Notes under the pieces: generated by a model | Database searches by the model: none | Told to the model about the DNA's origin: nothing | Seen by the model: the letters and a program-made list of their open reading frames with translations, nothing else | Part shown: positions 41,541 to 52,564 of the stretch, piece after piece | Position numbering within the stretch: the first letter of the stretch is position 1 | Layout: each line of letters starts with the position of its first letter | Virus record (IMG/VR): IMGVR_UViG_3300045107_000066 | DNA length: 64,000 bases | From: an uncultured virus (IMG/VR IMGVR_UViG_3300045107_000066) | Lineage: Duplodnaviria; Heunggongvirae; Uroviricota; Caudoviricetes | Reading direction: 5' to 3' (one strand) | Program-made: the position numbers and the translations under genes

Positions 41541-42449
41541 TCACTCCCTCACGAATTCGTATGCGCCCGTCGGGAAGTTACCGTACTGGATTGTCGTGAC
41601 CCCGTTGTTCGTGGTCGCCTCGAACGTGGCGGGCGAGTTGACGATGCGAATCCTCAGCACCTTCGTCTCGCCGACCTGCAAAAGACCACCGTGGACAGCA
41701 GCCACGGCAATCTTCGAGTCTAGCGTGTAAGGCCCGCTCCCCCAGACGCCAGCCCCGCTTGCTTCCGGGGCGGCACCTGTCACCTTGAACCAGAACTCTG
41801 TCCCGAACTTGCTCTGGTAGTCCGGGGTGTTCAAGTTGGTCGGGGCGGGTTTGGCGTTCTCCTCCACGGCGTTCGGGAGCTTGATCTTGTCGATATCCCA
41901 CAGGCGGACCGTTTGCTCGCCGAACGGCCCGGTCTTCACCTTCAGTGAATCCGCCTTGATCGTCCCGGCGATCTTCGAGTCCTCGGTGATGACCACATCC
42001 AGCGGCCGGACTGTCAGGTTGCTGTGCCGCCCCTTCAGGTAAGTCACCACTTCACCGGCCCGCCGTGAAACCTCCGGGTCGCTGCTCTTGGCGGCTGTCT
42101 CCGAACAGACCGGGAAGGCACGAGGGCCGATCTTCTTCAGGGCCAGCGTGGCGTCCTCTCGGGCGGCGAAGTCGGGGTGGCCCAGCTTCGACACGCACTT
42201 GGCGATGTCGTCCTGCATGGCGGGCGACGTGCGGGTGGCGAACTCGATCCCCTTCACTAAATGCGAAGGCACCTTCAACTCGCCGTACTTCGTATTCAGG
42301 GTGATGGACTCGTCCAGCAACGTCACACGGACGTGGCTGCCGTCCACACAGACTACCTCGACCAGTGGCGGAACCACGGCCTCCTTTTGTTGCGGGGGTG
42401 CGGGGGTCGCACACACGAGGGTCGAGAGAAGCAGGGTGGAAGTCAACAT
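41541..42449 (-). CDS. secreted LCCL-domain protein
   Basis: Signal peptide; KLGHPDFAAREDA helix; VWGSGPYTLDSKIAVAAVHGG LCCL motif. Confidence 0.8.
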   Translation of the reverse strand: MLTSTLLLSTLVCATPAPPQQKEAVVPPLVEVVCVDGSHVRVTLLDESITLNTKYGELKVPSHLVKGIEFATRTSPAMQDDIAKCVSKLGHPDFAAREDATLALKKIGPRAFPVCSETAAKSSDPEVSRRAGEVVTYLKGRHSNLTVRPLDVVITEDSKIAGTIKADSLKVKTGPFGEQTVRLWDIDKIKLPNAVEENAKPAPTNLNTPDYQSKFGTEFWFKVTGAAPEASGAGVWGSGPYTLDSKIAVAAVHGGLLQVGETKVLRIRIVNSPATFEATTNNGVTTIQYGNFPTGAYEFVRE

Positions 42450-42727
42450 CACAGAATCCTTTCTGACTTCGCCTCTACAAACGGCGGATCAGTGTGAGGA
42501 AAAAGGGTAACACCTTCTCCGTGCGGGTGACACTTCTTCGTCGGTGTTACGACGAACGCCCTGGACGATTGATTCTTCGGGTCGCCCAGACCCTACCCGT
42601 TCATCACGGGACGCATAGAACTCGTGAAGGCCGGACGCACTTTCGCTGGCCCGTCATAACCTCCCGTTCCTACGAGCGGTACGGACGGCTGTTCGGGGTT
42701 TTGACCCAGCGAGTTACATCTGACCAG

Positions 42728-42798
42728 TGGAGCTACCGGGATTCGAACCCGGAATACCACAATGCCATTGTGGCGTGATCCCGTTTCACTATAGCCCC
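42728..42798 (-). tRNA. tRNA-Ala(GGC)
   Basis: G3:U70; CCACA-ATGGCAT-TGTGG. Confidence 0.92.
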
Positions 42799-42940
42799 AT
42801 CTTACACTATCTGCCCATCAGCGGCAGGCATCCAAACACAAACACACTCGGCACCAACACAGCACCGACGAACACACCGATCCAGAAGTACCCGCTCGAC
42901 AGCATGTCGAGGAATGCGGCGAAGATCATAGCTACCTTTC

Positions 42941-43162
42941 TTACACTTCGAATTTCTGGTCGAAGTGTTGTATTACGTCTTGTACCATACCACGCAGGTC
43001 TTCAATTGGCAACCCAAATTGACCTGCGACTGCGGCGATCTTGTTGTGCCCGGAGTAGTCCACCATCTCTTGTAAGAGTTGGGCGACGGTGAGGCGGTGC
43101 CCTCGGAGGCAAGGTCTGCCGCCACACCGATCCGGGTCAGTCCATATGTACTTCGTGTTCAT
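42941..43162 (-). CDS. DUF433 protein
   Basis: DPDRCGGRPCLRGHRLTV. Confidence 0.8.
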   Translation of the reverse strand: MNTKYIWTDPDRCGGRPCLRGHRLTVAQLLQEMVDYSGHNKIAAVAGQFGLPIEDLRGMVQDVIQHFDQKFEV

Positions 43163-43352
43163 GACCGGATGTAAATCTCGCCGCAGTCCTTACACCCGTA
43201 GGACAGGTTGTCCGTCCACAGGTTCTTGCTCCCGCACTTCATGCACCGGCCGGTGTAGTCGCCGGTCGGCTCGTTGCGGGGGTTGTTCTTCCGCCGCTGG
43301 TAGTCCAGGTCTTTGTCCGGCGGCGGACCCATGTCCCCGAATTCGTCGTCCA

Positions 43353-43709
43353 TCACTTTGCCTTCAGTTGGACGTAGATGAACTTCGGTGCTTCTTCAGT
43401 GAAGTAGAGCCGAAGGGCCGGGCACAGCCAGCACTCCTCGCCCTCCATCATACCCGGCGTCACCGACTTGTAAACGTCGCCTTTCCGCTCGTGCCGCTGC
43501 CATTCGAGGACGATCTGGTTGCCGGGGAAGGGCACGGCCGAGAACAACATTACGAAGTCCTTCTTTCTGCCCAAAAGAGCCAGAGCCGCCGTCTCGATCA
43601 TCGTGTCGGCACCGGCGACGAACGGCTCCTTGTCGAGCAGCCGTGCCTCGTCGTCGAAGACCCACAGCCCGTTCCATTCGTAGGGGGCGATGGCGAAGAT
43701 GCTGTTCAT
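43353..43709 (-). CDS. DUF6717-like protein
   Basis: IAPYEWNGLWVFDD, EPFVAGAD, WLCPALRLYF; start may lie further upstream. Confidence 0.65.
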   Translation of the reverse strand: MNSIFAIAPYEWNGLWVFDDEARLLDKEPFVAGADTMIETAALALLGRKKDFVMLFSAVPFPGNQIVLEWQRHERKGDVYKSVTPGMMEGEECWLCPALRLYFTEEAPKFIYVQLKAK

Positions 43710-45403
43710 GGTCGGAGTCCTTTCCTCTTCTGACCACGACGGCCTCGCATGAACAGCGAGGATGCCGATGGTCAGGATAAACAGCCCGTAGAAGGGCCAG
43801 AACAAGTAGTTGATCCACGGGTGGGACTCGCCGTAGGCGATCCACACCACTTCAACGAGAAGGGCTACGATGGAAACGTAGCCCATGTAAGTCAGGTTAG
43901 CATTTGATGTCGTCGAGACATCCGTGGACGTAGGAGTCTTCATAGCGACGGCGGTACTCTTCGAGGAAGTCGGTCAGTTCCCGGTCGGTCATCTTCTGAA
44001 GGTCTTTGCCCTTCGTCGTGACGACGCTCTCGTGGTGAACACCCGGAGGCCAGGGCTGGCCGTTCAACATCAGAGTATACACTTCGCCGCCGAGCGGCGT
44101 AACGGAGTGCCACGCCTTCGGATCGACGATCTCGTACCGGCTGCCCGATACTTGGAGTTGACGGTAGACCGGCCACGGCGTCTTCTGATCCAGGGTCGCC
44201 GTGTACCCGACGTTCATCAGGTACTTGCCGTGGATGATACAGAACGCACCGGGCCACGGGTGCGGGTGCATGAACGACTCGCTCTCGTCGCACTCCTCGA
44301 ACTTGTGCAGGCAGACCCGGTAGTTCCCGAACTGGCAGAACACCCGGTATGTGTGCGGCTTGCGGCGATTGATGATGAGCGAGTTCCAGTCGCTCAGCTT
44401 CACTGTGTACAACAGCATCGGCAGCTTCGCTACGACGTAGTTCAGCTTCCCGAGGTAGGTGGGGATGGCATCAAGCTCGTCCCCGAGCCGGTACTGAAGG
44501 TCTTCATCCAGTTCGATCATCGCTCGCTCCTTCGTCCTGGGCGACTCCTTTAGTGGGTACAAGCCCTGGACAGCTATCTTTCAAAAATGCGGAGGCGTGG
44601 GATTCGAACCCACGCTTCGGTGGCACCACCCATAGGGTTGTGGACGGGACTCGACCCCCGTCACGGTTGCGCTCCACCTACACCGCCGGTAATACCCTCA
44701 ACCGGCCCCGCTCGGCTCCGGCTTGTTGCCGTGTTCCATGAGTTGCAGTGCCGCAATGAGCGGCAAGGCGAACGCCCAAAGGAGGGTGAAGACGAAGCCC
44801 TCCAGAATGTAACCCCAGCCCGGCCAGCGAGGCTTGAAGTCGCTCCACTTGGCGTTCTTCCAATCGTTGATCTCGTACTGAATCCAGCCCATCGCCGCTT
44901 TGGCATCGTCCGTCAGATGCTTCTTGGCGATGGTGCCGAAGGCGACGGCGTTCGACTTCAGGCCGTGCCCGCCGTCGCTGTTCTTCAAATAGGTCTGGTA
45001 GTCTTTGTGCGTTTCGTTAAGCATGTTCAACCTCCGTGTCGGTGGATGTGTTATATCCTAGTTTCGCCCCTAAATCAACGCCTCCGAGAATCCCACAAAA
45101 GTGCGGGCCACATCAGGGGGCAGACGACACAGAGGATGGAGTACGCCATCACGAGGACGACGAGCCAGAAAACGAAGAAACGCCGCATCAAAGACTCCAC
45201 GGGCCGTACTTGCGTTCCCGTTCGTCTTCGGCGGCTTGCCTGACAGCAGATGATTTGGCTTGTTTGCGACCGGCTTCGTAGGCCATCTTCATGAAAGCCT
45301 TGACCGCATCGGCGTTGTAGGTGCCGGGGTCTGGGGCGTTTTCCTTAAGCCACTGGTCACGTTCGAATTGATCTAACACAATCTGCCTCCATGCAGAAAT
45401 CAG

Positions 45404-45477
45404 TCAGGGTGACAGGATTTGAACCTGCAACATCCTGCTCCCAAAGCAGGCGCTCTACCAAGTTGAACTACACCCTG
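45404..45477 (-). tRNA. tRNA-Pro(TGG)
   Basis: Cloverleaf; CCTGC-TTTGGGA-GCAGG. Confidence 0.95.
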
Positions 45478-46548
45478 TTCTCTAACCTGTCCGTGACTTC
45501 ATCATAGCGAGTTTCGAGTTTTTCAACAAGAATTTCGTCACGACGAATGGCAGCGGCATCGGCTAGACATTCTTCTTCAGTCGGACCTTCACCGGCGTTG
45601 ACCATCCTGATCGCCTCGGTGAAATCCGCATCGCACTTCTCGCACCCGCCGCCGCTGCACGAGATGTTGCCGCACTCGGGGCAACGGATTCTTGGGCAGC
45701 GGCAGAGGCTACACCAAACCCAACGTCCTGCAAACTTCATAGGCAGTGGTCGTATGTGTAAGTGTCCGGTAAGTAGATATACCGCTTGCGGTGACTTTTC
45801 GGCTTCTTGCCGTACACCCGCTCACGGAAGGACTTGTCTCGTCCGCACACCGGGCACTCCCCGACGTGCATCCTGTACCAATGTTTCTTTACCGGCTTAC
45901 GTTTTGTAGCGGGCATTGGCGATCCTTGCCTTGTGTTCGAAGTAGCGTTTCTCAACGTCGGTGGTCAAGTCCTTGAGCGGGATGTAAAGGCCGACCAGCC
46001 CCTCCCGCTTGAGTTCTTCGACCGTCGGTCCTTCGTGGACATACGGCTCGACGCCTTCGGGCAATCGGGACGCAGCCACCGGGTCTACCCAGGTTGACTG
46101 CCTCGGCTCGCCCAGGAACTCAGAGCCTTGAATCTCGAAGGTCGGAAGCACGTTGCCGACGTGGTAAACAGTCACAACGCACTCCTGTTTCGTGGGACTA
46201 GCAGCTTGGCATCCTGCCTCACGGGGTCGTCCCTTAGTTTAGTAAAAGTGGACGTATCCGGCCTCGAACCGGAACAACGGGTGTAGCACCACGGCATTTA
46301 TGACCACAGCCCGGTTAGGTCAGTGGGGAACCCGACTTACGCCCATAGCTTTGAGGACGGCCGCTTCCTGATCTCGCAGGCGAACGTAGTCCTTTGCCAT
46401 CGCAACCAACAGTTCTTTCAACTCGGGAGAATCGCCGCCGAGAGCCTTGCAGTGGATGGAGATGTTGCCCCAATCCATTACAATCTCGGAGTTACCGCCG
46501 GTGCGGTCATCCATCTCTCGTGCGAGATGGTACATCCGGTCTTCCATC

Positions 46549-46764
46549 CTAGAAGCCATGCTCTCTCCAGTTGTGGACAGGTTCTTTCTGTTCCACTTCC
46601 AGTTTGCAGTTCTGGCAGACGACGAGCTTTTCTTCGTCCCACCAGTACATGTCCACCCACTCTGCCTCGGCCCAGACGTTTCTTGTGTAGTCGATCTCGC
46701 CGCAAAAACAGATGTCGCAACAGCGAGGAGACTTCTCCGGGTCAGAGAACAGGAGAGTGAACAC
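46549..46764 (-). CDS. small Cys-rich protein ending HNWREHGF
   Basis: CDIC and CQNC pairs; shared C-terminal motif. Confidence 0.55.
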   Translation of the reverse strand: MFTLLFSDPEKSPRCCDICFCGEIDYTRNVWAEAEWVDMYWWDEEKLVVCQNCKLEVEQKEPVHNWREHGF

Positions 46765-46768
46765 TGAG

Positions 46769-46835
46769 TAGCCCCATGAGGAATCGAACCCCGTAAGCAA
46801 CTTTAGAAGAGTCGCCGCTGCCCAGCAGTGAGGCC
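46769..46835 (-). tRNA. tRNA-Arg(TCT) with reduced D arm
   Basis: GCGACT-CTTCTAA-AGTTGC; 67 nt. Confidence 0.65.
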
Positions 46836-48017
46836 ATGTTTATTTAACCAACAACCAGATGATTACCCCGATCAGGCCGAGGATAATCGCCGCCACTACG
46901 ACCAGGAAGATTCCGAATCTCGTCGCCAGGGCGTGAATGATCGCTTCAGGAACCATGTTATCTCACAAGCAAGTATATCACGACTGCGATCAGGACGATG
47001 ATGATCCCTATGAGGGCGGCGATCAGCCGGGCCACGCCCTCGATCAGATCACCGATGCCGTCGAAGATGAACTTCGGGATCATAGCTCGACCACTCCATG
47101 TTCCATCAGGACGCACATTATCATGTACTTCACGGACTCGTCGAAGCTGACTGTCCGTGAAGCCGAAGGAGTCCACGTCTTGAGGATGTCCTTCAACAGT
47201 TCCAGATCGTCGTCGGCGTGCTTCTCGGTGTACTCTTCACTGAACTCAATCCCGCCGGTCTTCAGCCCGTGCAGTTTGAGGCAGATGTCGCACACCGAGC
47301 GGCCTGCTTGTCGAACCCGGCAGTCGCCACGACTGATCTGTAACATCCTGTTACCTCACACAGATGTAGATCACCAGACCGATGACGGTCAAGCCGAGCA
47401 GGACGATCAGCCCACACCCGAACTTGAACATCTTGTCCAGACCTTCACCAATCCCATCCGCAAAGCTCGCCATCTTCGTCTACCTCGTTGATAGTTGCCG
47501 GGTCGATACAGGACTCAGCATACAACGAAGCGACGAAAGCGTCAACAGCGGGGTTGTTGTACTTGGCTGCCCGCTCGCTGAGTTCTCTCAGGAACTTGCG
47601 GCCCGCCGCCCCCTTGCTCAGAGCCACGGCCTCGTCCACGCTTTGCACGTTGTCGTACAACGAACACCGCTCGCACAGCCCTTCCTGGCGAATCTGACCG
47701 CACTGCACGGGGCAGTCGTCGTAGCCGTACTTGCAGCCGTGGTAGGCACAGCAGTGGGACGGGCAGCAGGGGTGTTTTTTGACGAGAAGTTCGTACTCAG
47801 TGAGCGAACGAAGCTGGGCTTCGAACGCCACCATATCGAACTCGGGGTCGTTCTTCGCTTGATACTGCCGCTCGTCGGCGACGAGTTCTTGGATGAGTTG
47901 TTCCCGAAACTCGATGAGTTCTTCTTTGTGTTCGAAGTTCGGGTTGAACAAGATTTGCAGTTCGGCGGCTCGAATCTGCCGCTTCTTTTCTTCGAAGTCG
48001 TCCATGACTTACTCCAG

Positions 48018-48088
48018 AGCTAGATGAGAGGATCGAACTCTCGATTCAATCTTACCAAGATTGCGTGATACCACTTCACTAATCTAGC
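48018..48088 (-). tRNA. tRNA-Thr(GGT)
   Basis: CAATC-TTGGTAA-GATTG. Confidence 0.92.
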
Positions 48089-48093
48089 ATAAG

Positions 48094-48165
48094 TCGGCGA
48101 TGAGGGAATCGAACCCCCGACTCATCCGTGTAAAGGATACGGGTTGCCACTACCACCAATCGCCG
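48094..48165 (-). tRNA. tRNA-Val(TAC)
   Basis: TATCC-TTTACAC-GGATG. Confidence 0.85.
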
Positions 48166-48592
48166 ATCTGAGCTTCCTTTCCAGGTCGCCAATCCAGATG
48201 CCGTTATCTACGCACACCTGGAGATAATCCATTCCGATTTCTCTCGCCCCACCGTCGCACCGCTCGCTGTCGCCAACCATCAGGCACTTCTTCGGGTCAA
48301 CCTGCATGAAGTCAGTGACACGCCGGAAGGTCGCCGGGTTCGGCTTTACCTCTTCGTCCTTGTAGACGCCGAGGATCAGTTCGAAGTACCTGAGCAGGTC
48401 GTAACTTTGCAGTTTCGTCCGCAGCCACAGGCTGTCGGAGTGTTGCTGCGTGTTACTGATGACCGCCAGCCGGTAGCCCCGATGGTACAGGCTCGGGATC
48501 AGCCCGTGCAACTCGTGCGGGACGTTGAGGAACTTGCTCTTGTCGAGGAAACCCAGCGTGCCGCCGTAGTCGAAAATAATCGCTTCGTACAT
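48122..48592 (-). CDS. HAD-family hydrolase
   Basis: IIFDYGGTL, VISN, KPNP, MVGDSERCD; 3' end runs into tRNA-Val. Confidence 0.88.
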   Translation of the reverse strand: MYEAIIFDYGGTLGFLDKSKFLNVPHELHGLIPSLYHRGYRLAVISNTQQHSDSLWLRTKLQSYDLLRYFELILGVYKDEEVKPNPATFRRVTDFMQVDPKKCLMVGDSERCDGGAREIGMDYLQVCVDNGIWIGDLERKLRSAIGGSGNPYPLHG

Positions 48593-48676
48593 AGTTCATT
48601 AGGGGTGCAGGACTCACACCTGTCTTCCTCCCGTCTAGCCGACGGGCGTGCTTGATTGCTATACACCAACCCCCAG

Positions 48677-48748
48677 AGCGACGTGCGGGAGTCGAACCCG
48701 CCTTAACCTACTTGGGAAGCAGGTGCCCAGCCGCTAGGCCAACGTCGC
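48677..48748 (-). tRNA. tRNA-Gly(CCC)
   Basis: CCTGC-TTCCCAA-GTAGG; U73. Confidence 0.92.
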
Positions 48749-49097
48749 ATTATTTGCAGATGGCGTATCCAATCGCCACCACCAGTCCGATCACCAGCAG
48801 GATGATCGTCACGCCTGCGATCAGCAGGCAGCCCAGGAGTCCCTGGAACAACCGGAATCCGCCTTCAATGAAGTCAACCGGGTCGTCCAGCGGGTTCGGC
48901 TCAGAGAAGCAACGTACCCCTGGCTGCATCCAACCGATCAACAAAAACGGTAGAATCCAAGTCATCGACATCCTCCGTGACTTTCGGACAGCCGAGTGCC
49001 TTGAAGCACGACCAACAGGCTGCCGTCATCTCGCCGTCTTTCTTGACGGCGAACTGGTCTGTGTAATCTTCACAGACTCCACAATTGTAACAAACGC

Positions 49098-49529
49098 TCA
49101 ACAACACCCCTTCACACCGCACTTGTCCGGGGCGAGGCAGGCAGTGTTCTTCAAACTCGTTATCAGGTTCAGTCCCCGGTTCTCCGTCAAATGAGTAGAG
49201 AACAACGAGTAGACCCCCAGCGTCTTTCCATCCGCCTGATACTCGACCGTCACTTCGGTATCGAGATCAATGAACTTGACGGCGTGCCGCAGAATGTCCA
49301 AAAACTTCTTCGCCTTCAGGCGATGATCCGTGTCGTTCGCCACCCAAATCTGGAGGGCACACGTTGTCGTCTCACGCATCGAGCCGCCGCAGTCCACAAA
49401 CTTCTTCGTAACCAACCCGACTTCCGTTAGATGGAAATGGGCCGGAGCGAAGCCTGCATCCGGGAAGTAGATGTTTACCGGCAGGTCGTCTGCACGAGAG
49501 AGTGCGTCAACCAGATCGATCAGTTTCAT
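49098..49529 (-). CDS. DUF6428-like protein
   Basis: HFHLTEVG, FVDCGG, QIWVANDTDHRL, TACLAPDKCG. Confidence 0.75.
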   Translation of the reverse strand: MKLIDLVDALSRADDLPVNIYFPDAGFAPAHFHLTEVGLVTKKFVDCGGSMRETTTCALQIWVANDTDHRLKAKKFLDILRHAVKFIDLDTEVTVEYQADGKTLGVYSLFSTHLTENRGLNLITSLKNTACLAPDKCGVKGCC

Positions 49530-49542
49530 AACAATTCCTAAG

Positions 49543-49613
49543 AGCGGGATAGGGGAATCGAACCCCTCTCTGTAGCTTGGAAGGCTACGGCACGGCCACT
49601 ATACCAATCCCGC
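49543..49613 (-). tRNA. tRNA-Gly(TCC)
   Basis: GTAGC-CTTCCAA-GCTAC; U73. Confidence 0.93.
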
Positions 49614-50335
49614 ATTATTCAATGTAAGGCCCGACGAATCCGCACTTCACACAGTAGAGGCAGGGCAAGTCGCCTTCTTCTTCTATGTGACCGCCCTCTT
49701 CAAAAAGCCGAGCCTTGCACTTCGGACATCGCTCGTCATCGCCTAACAGTTCACGCTTGATCTTGTCTTCAGGCCCGTACTTGATCCCGTTTTTGACGAA
49801 GTAAGGCATGATGTCCCAGCCTTTACTTGATGAGCATCGACGCCAGCCCGAGTAGCACCGCCATCAGTAGCACGATGATCCCGAACGTCGGCTTCGGCTC
49901 GACCTGGGCCTGCTTGTTCTCGTACTCTTCGGCACAGCGAGGGTCGTAGACGAGGTTGAAGGCCCAATCCAGGTCTTCTTCCGCCAGCCGACCCCAATCT
50001 TCGTTGAGTTCGTAGATCATGGCGAGGACTGCCGCCCTGGTGGCGACTTCTTCCTCGGGTGCTTCCTTTAGGATCAGGATGCCCGTGCGGATCGCATTCC
50101 TTACGTTATCCGGCACTATTGTCTACTCCATGACAAGGTTGAGCAGGGCTTCGCAGGCAAGCCAGATCACAGTGAAGACGACGAGCAGCAGGTACGGTAT
50201 CCACACTATGATGGCGAACGACCATATCTGCTTGGCGTATTCCTTAACCGGAGAGCCGTATTCTGGTGGCGTGATCCCACGTTTCAGATGGAACCAGAAC
50301 CACTTCAGGACACGCTTCATGCTCTCATCCTTAAG

Positions 50336-50408
50336 AGCGGGTGATGAGACTCGAACTCACGACATTCACGTTGGCAACGTGACGCTCTACCAACTGAGCT
50401 ACACCCGC
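50336..50408 (-). tRNA. tRNA-Gly(GCC)
   Basis: Canonical cloverleaf; TCACG-TTGCCAA-CGTGA. Confidence 0.96.
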
Positions 50409-50733
50409 ATTTACTTCGAATGCTCCCCATGCTCGACGTAGTATAACTCTTCGCCCAGGTCAGGGAACTTCTTCTTGTACTTATCGACCAGGGCGAGCAG
50501 CCGTCTGGTCTGAGCCATCTTCTCTTCGGCCTCGGTCGGCGTCGTCACGCTCTCGATAATCATGTGGACATCGACGAGTTGCCCGTCCATGTTCCAACGT
50601 ACCGTGAGCCGGTTCCCCACCAGGGTGACGCCGAACTCCTTACCGACCTTCTGCCTCATCTGTTCCAGAACATAAGCAACTTCCTTGCTATGTTCCATCT
50701 CGTAGACTGAAGGCATGTCAGACTCCGATTAAG

Positions 50734-50804
50734 AGCGGCATAGGAGAATCGAACTCCTGTCACTAGCATGGCAAGCTAGGGCACAACCACTATACCAATG
50801 CCGC
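50734..50804 (-). tRNA. tRNA-Gly(GCC)
   Basis: CTAGC-TTGCCAT-GCTAG. Confidence 0.92.
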
Positions 50805-50811
50805 ATCTGAG

Positions 50812-50883
50812 AGGCCCGAGTGGGAATCGAACCCACGATTGACGATTTTGCAGACCGCCGCCTTACCACTTGGCTACCGGGCC
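50812..50883 (-). tRNA. tRNA-Cys(GCA)
   Basis: GCGGT-CTGCAAA-ATCGT; U73. Confidence 0.95.
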
Positions 50884-50894
50884 ATCACTACTAT

Positions 50895-51356
50895 CTAAGT
50901 TATCACACCTGCTTTTTGTTCGCAAGACTGATGAGGACATTTCCCGTAAATGGCAATCGCCATATTACAGTTGTGACACAGCACCCGCAGGTCTTCTCTA
51001 ATCTCTTCTCTCCGCAACTTCAAGAACCAAGAGTAGGTGGAGTTTTGGTTTCTACCATACAACGCCCTTCTCTCAACGTTCCCGTCGTTGTTTTTGTGGT
51101 CTATGGCAAGGAACTCGACACGAGCTTCTTGACAACACTCACACTTGCCGCCGTATTTTTCAAGAACCTCGCACTTGATCTTGTGCCGATATTCTTTCTG
51201 TTTCGGCTTAACACGGTCAACGTGTTTGGCATTCCACTCTACAAAGTAACGAAGACACGCTTCGCACTTCTTTCTGCCTTCCTTTGGCTCAGCTTTACCG
51301 CATTTGTTACACAAGCCTGCGGCTTCTAGCTTTTGACGACGATCTGGACTTCCCAT
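50895..51356 (-). CDS. HNH-type endonuclease
   Basis: YGGKCECC, LAIDHKNNDG, VLCHNCN; N-terminal Zn finger. Confidence 0.8.
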   Translation of the reverse strand: MGSPDRRQKLEAAGLCNKCGKAEPKEGRKKCEACLRYFVEWNAKHVDRVKPKQKEYRHKIKCEVLEKYGGKCECCQEARVEFLAIDHKNNDGNVERRALYGRNQNSTYSWFLKLRREEIREDLRVLCHNCNMAIAIYGKCPHQSCEQKAGVIT

Positions 51357-51371
51357 GTCCTATCTATGCTT

Positions 51372-51758
51372 TCAAGTGCCGTTCGCACTTAAATCTTTAC
51401 GATTTGCCACCGTTATGTGAAACTTGTTTCTCCACCACGGGAACGGGGCAAGACCAAGTTCGACCCTGATCTCGCACAACCGCTGGCATTGCACATTCAG
51501 CCAGTAATACCGTTCGTCCCAGACGATCTCCGGGCTATACTCGATCTCAACCTCGTGACCGTCGTACTTCTTCCACACGTCCATGTTCGGCGGCTGTTCC
51601 CGCCGCACCACGCTGACGTGAGCCTGATACCGCTGCGGGTTCCGGGGCCACGCCCTCGGGATCAGTGAGCGGTAAAAGTCTGCGATGCCCTGATCGACAT
51701 TCAACACCACCCGATTCGTAGTCGGGCCGTATTCCAGAATGCCGACCGCCTTGTGCAT
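51372..51758 (-). CDS. 2H phosphoesterase-like protein
   Basis: Two Hx(S/T) motifs: AHVSVV and FHITVA. Confidence 0.65.
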   Translation of the reverse strand: MHKAVGILEYGPTTNRVVLNVDQGIADFYRSLIPRAWPRNPQRYQAHVSVVRREQPPNMDVWKKYDGHEVEIEYSPEIVWDERYYWLNVQCQRLCEIRVELGLAPFPWWRNKFHITVANRKDLSANGT

Positions 51759-52225
51759 CGTTCCTCACTTCAGGACGATGATCTCGTCCACAATCTCTGC
51801 CCCGCACGCCCTGGCGGTGCGGTAAATGTTCGTGGCGGCGTCAAACACCTTCGGCACGAACGTGTACCCTTTCTCTGTCTTCAGGAACATCAGGGAGTCG
51901 CCCATGATGCTGATGAGCTTGTTGCCCTCTTCCTTCGCCGCTTCGAGCGTGTCGAAGTAATGCGGCACGAAGTCGAAGCCCGTTACCGTCAGGTTGCCCT
52001 CTTTGCGGCTGCCCTGCTTGTAATACTTGGCCTTGAACCGTGCCTTGATGCGAGGTAGTTCTTCGATCATCGGCTCGTAGCTCCAGGGCTTGACCTTCTT
52101 GCCGGTCGCCTTCTCGTGTTCCCGGATGATCCGGTCGGCGACCAGAGTCATCGGGTCGCACGTCGTCTGTCCGTTCATGAACTCAATGTTCATTTGGCGG
52201 AACAGCGGGTCTGTTGTTCTCATAG

Positions 52226-52297
52226 TGACCCCGGTCGGACTCGAACCGACAACCTCGGAGTTAAAAGCTCCTTGCTCTGCCATTGAGCTACGGAGTC
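52226..52297 (-). tRNA. tRNA-Lys(TTT)
   Basis: GGAG-CTTTTAA-CTCC. Confidence 0.93.
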
Positions 52298-52483
52298 AGG
52301 TCACTAGCTCATCCAGCGTGCAGCCGTTGAAGCTGTCGAAGCACTTCTCGCAAACGTCGCCCCGGTCGAACGACCTGTCGAGCTTGACGCCGCAGTCGAT
52401 GCACCGTCGAAACAACCAGCGAATCCAGGCTTTGACCTTCCCGCACTCTGTCGGGGTAGAACCCATCTCGAACCAGCCCATAG

Positions 52484-52556
52484 TACCCCGTGTCGGGATC
52501 GAACCGACCGTCTTTCGATTAAAAGTCGAAGCCTTCACCGTTGTAGGAAACGGGGC
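52484..52556 (-). tRNA. tRNA-Lys(TTT)
   Basis: TTCGA-CTTTTAA-TCGAA. Confidence 0.88.
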
Positions 52557-52564
52557 GTGTAAAT

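Noticed and set aside
46190..46236. Second guanidine-II riboswitch (GGG-ACGA-CCC)
   Set aside because: Only one ACGA hairpin is present and the downstream gene is unrelated to guanidine
46249..46312. Amber suppressor tRNA (CTA at the tip of the anticodon-like arm)
   Set aside because: CTA forms a 3-nt loop, the acceptor is bulged and the D arm is degenerate; it cannot be called a decoding tRNA
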